The notes under the pieces: model-generated
Databases searched by the model: none
The model's input: only the letters and a program-made list of their open reading frames with translations
What the model was told of the DNA's origin: nothing
Translations under genes and position numbers: made by a program
Assembly: GCA_037137755.1 (NCBI GenBank)
Contig: JBAXJR010000019.1
Span: 1-44,652 of the forward strand
DNA length: 44,652 bases
DNA from: Methanomicrobiales archaeon
GTDB taxonomy: Archaea; Halobacteriota; Methanomicrobia; Methanomicrobiales; Methanospirillaceae
Reading direction: 5' to 3'
Shown here: in pieces, positions 40,255 to 44,652 of the stretch
How the letters are laid out: each line of letters begins with the position of its first letter
Position numbering within the stretch: the stretch's first letter is position 1

Positions 40255-43200
40255 ATGCGAGAGCCCCCGGTAAAGACCACCCTGTTCTGGTGCGACCAGT
40301 GCAATATTCCGCTCATTGGCAGGTCCTGTAGTTGTGGCGCCAATGGCCGGGCGATAGAGCTCCTCCAGCCATATGATGTCCGGCCTGCGCTCAGGGCGGA
40401 CCGTGAGATGGTCCAGGCCCTTGTTTCCGGGCAGTTCGGGGATGTCCCACTCCCCCATATCGTCCTCTTTAATAAAGCAGGGGGCCTCGACCGGAATGAC
40501 CTCGTAATTGTCAACGGCACCCGTTTCGGCTGGCTGTCATTTGACCCGGTCACAAGGCAGTTCAGGTTCGACATTACCCCCGAGGCCATACCATTTGTCC
40601 TCCCGTTTGCTTCGAAGGGCATTGTAGACCTCGAACAGACTGCGGTCCTATCCGGTGACCGTGATACGAGGGGCAGGATCGGGGGAAAACGTTTCACGAT
40701 TACAACCGGTGTCCCGGACGGCACCGTCATCGTGAAGTACCGTGGTAGGTACGGAACAGCCGTGCTGAAAGAAGGGTCACTCCGGGTAAAAGAAGTATTG
40801 CCGGTTTCACCGGTGAGACCTGCGGACCCCGAATGGACAGAAGTGGTCGCCAGGAATATGTACCACTTAAAAAATCTCGAACGAAACGCGGTCCGCTCAA
40901 TAAAACAGCATATGCATGACAGGCCGGTGGCAAATGTCTCGTTCTCGGGCGGAAAGGACAGCACAGCCATCCTCCTGCTGGCCAGGAAGGCAGGGGTGAA
41001 TGATTCATTTTTCCTCGATACCGGCATCGAATTCCCGGAGACGATTGAATTTGTCAGGTCACTAGGGGTGGAATTCATCAGCGGGGCGGGCGATTTCTGG
41101 GCAGCCGTCGAGAAGGCAGGTCCACCCGCGAAGGACAACCGCTGGTGCTGCAAGCTCCAGAAACAGAACCCGCTCCGGCTCCACCTTGCAAACACCGGAC
41201 CCTGTGTGACGATTCAGGGTAACCGGTGGTACGAGTCGTGGAACCGGGCCGACCTCGAACTTGCAGTCCAGAACCCCTTAAACCCGCTCCAGCTGAATGT
41301 CTCCCCGATACGGAACTGGAGGGCACTCGAAGTATTCCTCTACCTCTGGTGGCAGGGGGCCCCGATCAATCCTCTCTACGAAATGGGGATTGAACGGATC
41401 GGCTGTTATCCATGCCCCTCTATGCTTGAATCAGAATTCTCTGAACTCGGGAGGATTCACCCGGACCTCATGGCACGGTGCACGGAATTTCTCACCCGCT
41501 GGGCAGAAAAGAAGAAACTCCCCCCAGAATATGTCACGTTCGGGCTCTGGCGGTGGAAAGGTCTCCCGAATAAGATGCAGGAACTCTGCCGGCAGCACAA
41601 TATTCCACTCCGGGAGACTGCAGACGGGGTAGAGGTAGTACCGCGGTCTTCAGGCGCGACGGTCCAGTTAAAGGAAAAACCAGGGGTTTCCCAGGCCCCA
41701 GGTAAATCACCCGAATCGCGGCGGGATGCAAGGAGAATGGGGAAGATCAGTGCAGCCCCCGCGAGTAAAGAAACGATGGGTTCCCTTAAGGGAAAAGAAA
41801 ACCCGCAACGAAGTCATCAGCCATTTGCCGGGGTGACCAGTTCAAAGCTGGGTAAACGAATGGCTGAACCAGGCGATATGCCAGATGTAAATCAGGTCAT
41901 GACTCCCGCAACGGTACCATTACCTGGTCAACCCGTCCGGGCTGTTACACCAGGCAGTGAAATCCCGGTCCTGCAGGGTGAAAACCTGGTCATCTCTCCA
42001 CAGCATGACACTATCTTTTTTGAGGGTGTCCGCCGTGACTTTTCCCTGCTTACGGATACCGTCTACCTTGATAATGCGTCGATGGGCCTCTCACCTGAAC
42101 CGGTCCTCCAGGCAATGCTGGAATATGAGCGGAATTACCGTTCAAATGTAGGTAACAACGTTCACCGGTTATCAGGGATTGCGACCCAGCGGTACCACCA
42201 CGCACATGAAAAGCTCGCAAGGTTCATCGGTGGAGCCAACGGAGAACTGGTTTTTACAAAAAATGTGACCGATGCGCTGACTATCGTGGCCAATGGAATT
42301 TCCATGCAGCGTGGGGACCGCATTATTACGACCGTGCTTGAGCATAGTTCCAACCTGCTGCCGTGGAAAGAGGCATATGTCCCTGGGACAACCCTCGAAG
42401 TCCTTCCGGTTGGTCTGGATTATTTACCTGACCTGTCCGTGCTCGACGAGTTGCTCGGCAGGGGTGGTGTGAGGCTCATTGCCATCCCGCATGCGTCTCA
42501 CGTGCTCGGGGTAATTACCCAGGTACGGGAGATTGTCCGGGTCTGCCACGAGCATGGGGCCCTGCTGCTTGTTGACGGGTCACAGTCGGTCCCGCACATC
42601 CCCGTGGACGTAACGCAGTTGGAAGCAGATTTCTTCTGCTGTTCAGGCCATACAATGCTCGGCCCGACCGGTACCGGTTTCCTGTGGATGAAAGACCCCG
42701 GGTCCCTTTCCCCACCGGGGTCTGGAGGTGGAATAGCGGGGCCTCTGGCGGCAACCGGGCTCATCCCGGCACAAGGATACCGACAATATGAAACAGGAAC
42801 ACCCAATATTTCCGGGGGTATCGGCCTTGGTGCGGCTACCGATTATCTTACTACTATCGGCATGGACCGGGTCAGGCGCCATGATACCCACCTTACAGCC
42901 CGCCTGGTTGAGGGGCTGGACAGTATCGACGGCGTACGGGTGTTTATACCGGATGATCCCGGACGGCGGATAGGGGTTGTTTCATTCAATATCGGGACCA
43001 TTGACCCGGATGACGTCACCCGGTACCTGGATGAAAGTGCAGATATCATGGTATCATCAGGCCTTCATGGTTGTGACCGGCTCATGGAGGAACTGGGACT
43101 GCCCAGGGGGACCGTGCGTGCCAGCCTGGCCCTGTATAATAACGAGTATGACGTGGATATGCTTCTTACAGGTGTCGCAGAAATCGCCAGGGGAATATAG
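40255..43200 (+). CDS. PAPS/APS-reductase-family Fe-S protein fused to a SufS-like (class V PLP) domain
   Basis: N-terminal Zn ribbon (CDQC...CSC), SFSGGKDS PP-loop, WCCK and RIGCYPCP Fe-S motifs, low-complexity linker, then a SufS-like domain (YLDNA, DGSQ, ETGTPN, TVRAS). Confidence 0.9.
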   Translation: MREPPVKTTLFWCDQCNIPLIGRSCSCGANGRAIELLQPYDVRPALRADREMVQALVSGQFGDVPLPHIVLFNKAGGLDRNDLVIVNGTRFGWLSFDPVTRQFRFDITPEAIPFVLPFASKGIVDLEQTAVLSGDRDTRGRIGGKRFTITTGVPDGTVIVKYRGRYGTAVLKEGSLRVKEVLPVSPVRPADPEWTEVVARNMYHLKNLERNAVRSIKQHMHDRPVANVSFSGGKDSTAILLLARKAGVNDSFFLDTGIEFPETIEFVRSLGVEFISGAGDFWAAVEKAGPPAKDNRWCCKLQKQNPLRLHLANTGPCVTIQGNRWYESWNRADLELAVQNPLNPLQLNVSPIRNWRALEVFLYLWWQGAPINPLYEMGIERIGCYPCPSMLESEFSELGRIHPDLMARCTEFLTRWAEKKKLPPEYVTFGLWRWKGLPNKMQELCRQHNIPLRETADGVEVVPRSSGATVQLKEKPGVSQAPGKSPESRRDARRMGKISAAPASKETMGSLKGKENPQRSHQPFAGVTSSKLGKRMAEPGDMPDVNQVMTPATVPLPGQPVRAVTPGSEIPVLQGENLVISPQHDTIFFEGVRRDFSLLTDTVYLDNASMGLSPEPVLQAMLEYERNYRSNVGNNVHRLSGIATQRYHHAHEKLARFIGGANGELVFTKNVTDALTIVANGISMQRGDRIITTVLEHSSNLLPWKEAYVPGTTLEVLPVGLDYLPDLSVLDELLGRGGVRLIAIPHASHVLGVITQVREIVRVCHEHGALLLVDGSQSVPHIPVDVTQLEADFFCCSGHTMLGPTGTGFLWMKDPGSLSPPGSGGGIAGPLAATGLIPAQGYRQYETGTPNISGGIGLGAATDYLTTIGMDRVRRHDTHLTARLVEGLDSIDGVRVFIPDDPGRRIGVVSFNIGTIDPDDVTRYLDESADIMVSSGLHGCDRLMEELGLPRGTVRASLALYNNEYDVDMLLTGVAEIARGI

Positions 43201-43450
43201 ATTGTTGGCGTAACGCAAAAGTATTCCGCTATTAGTTTCCCGTCATTCATATTGTTGGAGAAATGACCCCTCACGATTCCATCCATATGATCAAGACCAT
43301 TCAGGAGAAAGTTACCGGGAGAATTCTGGGTTATTTCAGAGATTTTTGGTTAGTTAATCACTAAGCCTTTATCAGGAGCGTGTGATCCCAGAGTATGCAG
43401 AGAGGATTTTGCTCACTACTCAGCGATTACCGTGTAGCCAAAATCCTAAA

Positions 43451-44587
43451 GAGTATTCCGATAAACCCGGGAAAATTAAGATACTGGACAAAATAGATCC
43501 AAAATAGAGGGCGGGAGTAAGTTATTCACACAAATTTTCTAGTCATAGTCCCTGTTTTCAAATGATTTTTGCAAAGCGTACGCTAGAAGGCACCCTGATT
43601 TTTCAGAGTCACCAGTTGGTACAGGTTAAAACTGAACGCAGCAAACATCATTTTGATATGAGTTCGAACAACCGTAGTCACGTGGGTATGAGAGGAATGG
43701 AACACATTCTTGATGACCGCGTAGGGTCTTTCACCGGGAGATCGTTTTCGTGAAATCCGTTTGTTTCTGATAATATCCCTGATACCAATCGGATGCCCTC
43801 TCACCCCACGTTGCATAGTTGCATCAAAACCCTTCGGTTCAACACCGAAATAACCCCGGTCCCGATAGACCACTTCACCTTCTTCTGACAGATCGATTCG
43901 GCTATCATGAACAGATGCAGTCGTTGTCTGAAGTGCCCGTATCAATCCGAAATCGCAGTCTTCTTTCGTGTGAAGTTTGAATCCAAAATAAGACTTGTTA
44001 CCCTTTTTTGTCCAGGTACCTTCTTTGTTCCTCCTAGTTTTTGCTTCGTCTCCCCGAGGAGTATCTACAGATGCATGGCCTGGATCTGCTGTGATGAATG
44101 TCGCATCCTGGATCACACCTTTCCGTATCTTCAATCCCTTACCATCCAGTTGTCTTTGGAGTTCGTTCCAGATCGCTTTGTCTTTCCCGGTTTTTGATAA
44201 TCGTTCCCGGAAATACCAGACCGTCGTGTGATCTGGAATCTTTTCGGGAAAGCCGAGAAATCTCAAAAACGAGATCTTGTCATTGGCCTGGCGTTCAAGT
44301 TCCGGATCGGATAACCCGTACATCGATTGAAGTACCAGTAATTTGATCATGAGAACGACATCGATATTGGGTCGCCCTCCTTGTTCTGTTGTATTTGTGT
44401 AAATCTCTCCGACTATCTCTCGAAATGGTTCCCATTCAATGAGGGTTGCCAGTTCTCCCAATCGGTCTCCGAGATCTTTTACTTGTTTATATCGCTCCTG
44501 TAACGCAAAATCAACAAGAGATTCCATATATTCTTTTCGAAGTTCTAAGATATAGTACTTCTGGCAGGGGGGTTATTCGGAATGTTC
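43451..44587 (-). mobile_element. IS5-family insertion sequence (1137 bp)
   Basis: Imperfect TIRs GAGTATTCCGATAAACCC (43451-43468) and revcomp GAACATTCCGAATAACCC (44570-44587), 14/18 match. TAAA on both sides (43447-43450, 44588-44591). Confidence 0.85.
43583..44527 (-). CDS. IS5-family DDE transposase
   Basis: GGRP, LSDPELE, PDHTTVWYFR, IQDATFI, GFKLH, HDS, YRDRGY, R...ERPYAVIK. Confidence 0.93.
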   Translation of the reverse strand: MESLVDFALQERYKQVKDLGDRLGELATLIEWEPFREIVGEIYTNTTEQGGRPNIDVVLMIKLLVLQSMYGLSDPELERQANDKISFLRFLGFPEKIPDHTTVWYFRERLSKTGKDKAIWNELQRQLDGKGLKIRKGVIQDATFITADPGHASVDTPRGDEAKTRRNKEGTWTKKGNKSYFGFKLHTKEDCDFGLIRALQTTTASVHDSRIDLSEEGEVVYRDRGYFGVEPKGFDATMQRGVRGHPIGIRDIIRNKRISRKRSPGERPYAVIKNVFHSSHTHVTTVVRTHIKMMFAAFSFNLYQLVTLKNQGAF

Positions 44588-44652
44588 TAAATATATAGAG
44601 ACTCTCCAATTAGAAAGTCCTGAGTAAAAATCTTTCCCCCATTTTCAGAAGT

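Noticed and set aside
40255-43200. Dnd/Ssp DNA phosphorothioation system
   Set aside because: No dndB/D/E or ssp genes in the window, and the desulfurase domain looks inactive. Kept only as a chemical analogy.
1-44652. CRISPR array, tRNA or rRNA genes
   Set aside because: I saw no regularly spaced direct repeats, cloverleaf or rRNA-like sequence by eye.
1-44652. Global TAG recoding (pyrrolysine code)
   Set aside because: Several full-length genes end at TAG at their expected C-termini (9662, 19736, 34074, 43200, 43583).

Overview
Archaeal chromosomal window, most likely from a Methanomicrobiales methanogen (Methanoregula/Methanolinea-like). This is inferred from an archaellin with the FTGLEAA N-terminus, aIF-1A, REC-PAS-HisKA_2 kinases and surface proteins with TM+basic C-terminal tails. 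It is a mixed accessory region of about 40 CDSs for signalling, transport, redox and surface proteins, ending in a complete IS5-family element (43451-44587, imperfect TIRs, TAAA duplication). I saw no rRNA, tRNA or CRISPR array. Main points of interest: (1) a receptor-like diadenylate cyclase (signal peptide, Thr-rich stalk, two PKD-like domains, TM, DAC) between a PPK2 and a stand-alone HerA-like ATPase; (2) a PAPS-reductase-family/SufS fusion whose SufS half has lost the PLP lysine and the canonical catalytic cysteine, divergent from a TauE/SafE exporter; (3) an aIF-1A gene that appears to start at AUU; (4) a STAS domain fused to an acetolactate-decarboxylase-like fold, directly behind a membrane-anchored nuclease; (5) several disrupted genes, including an in-frame amber codon in an AIM24 gene. 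All family calls come from motif recognition, not database searches.
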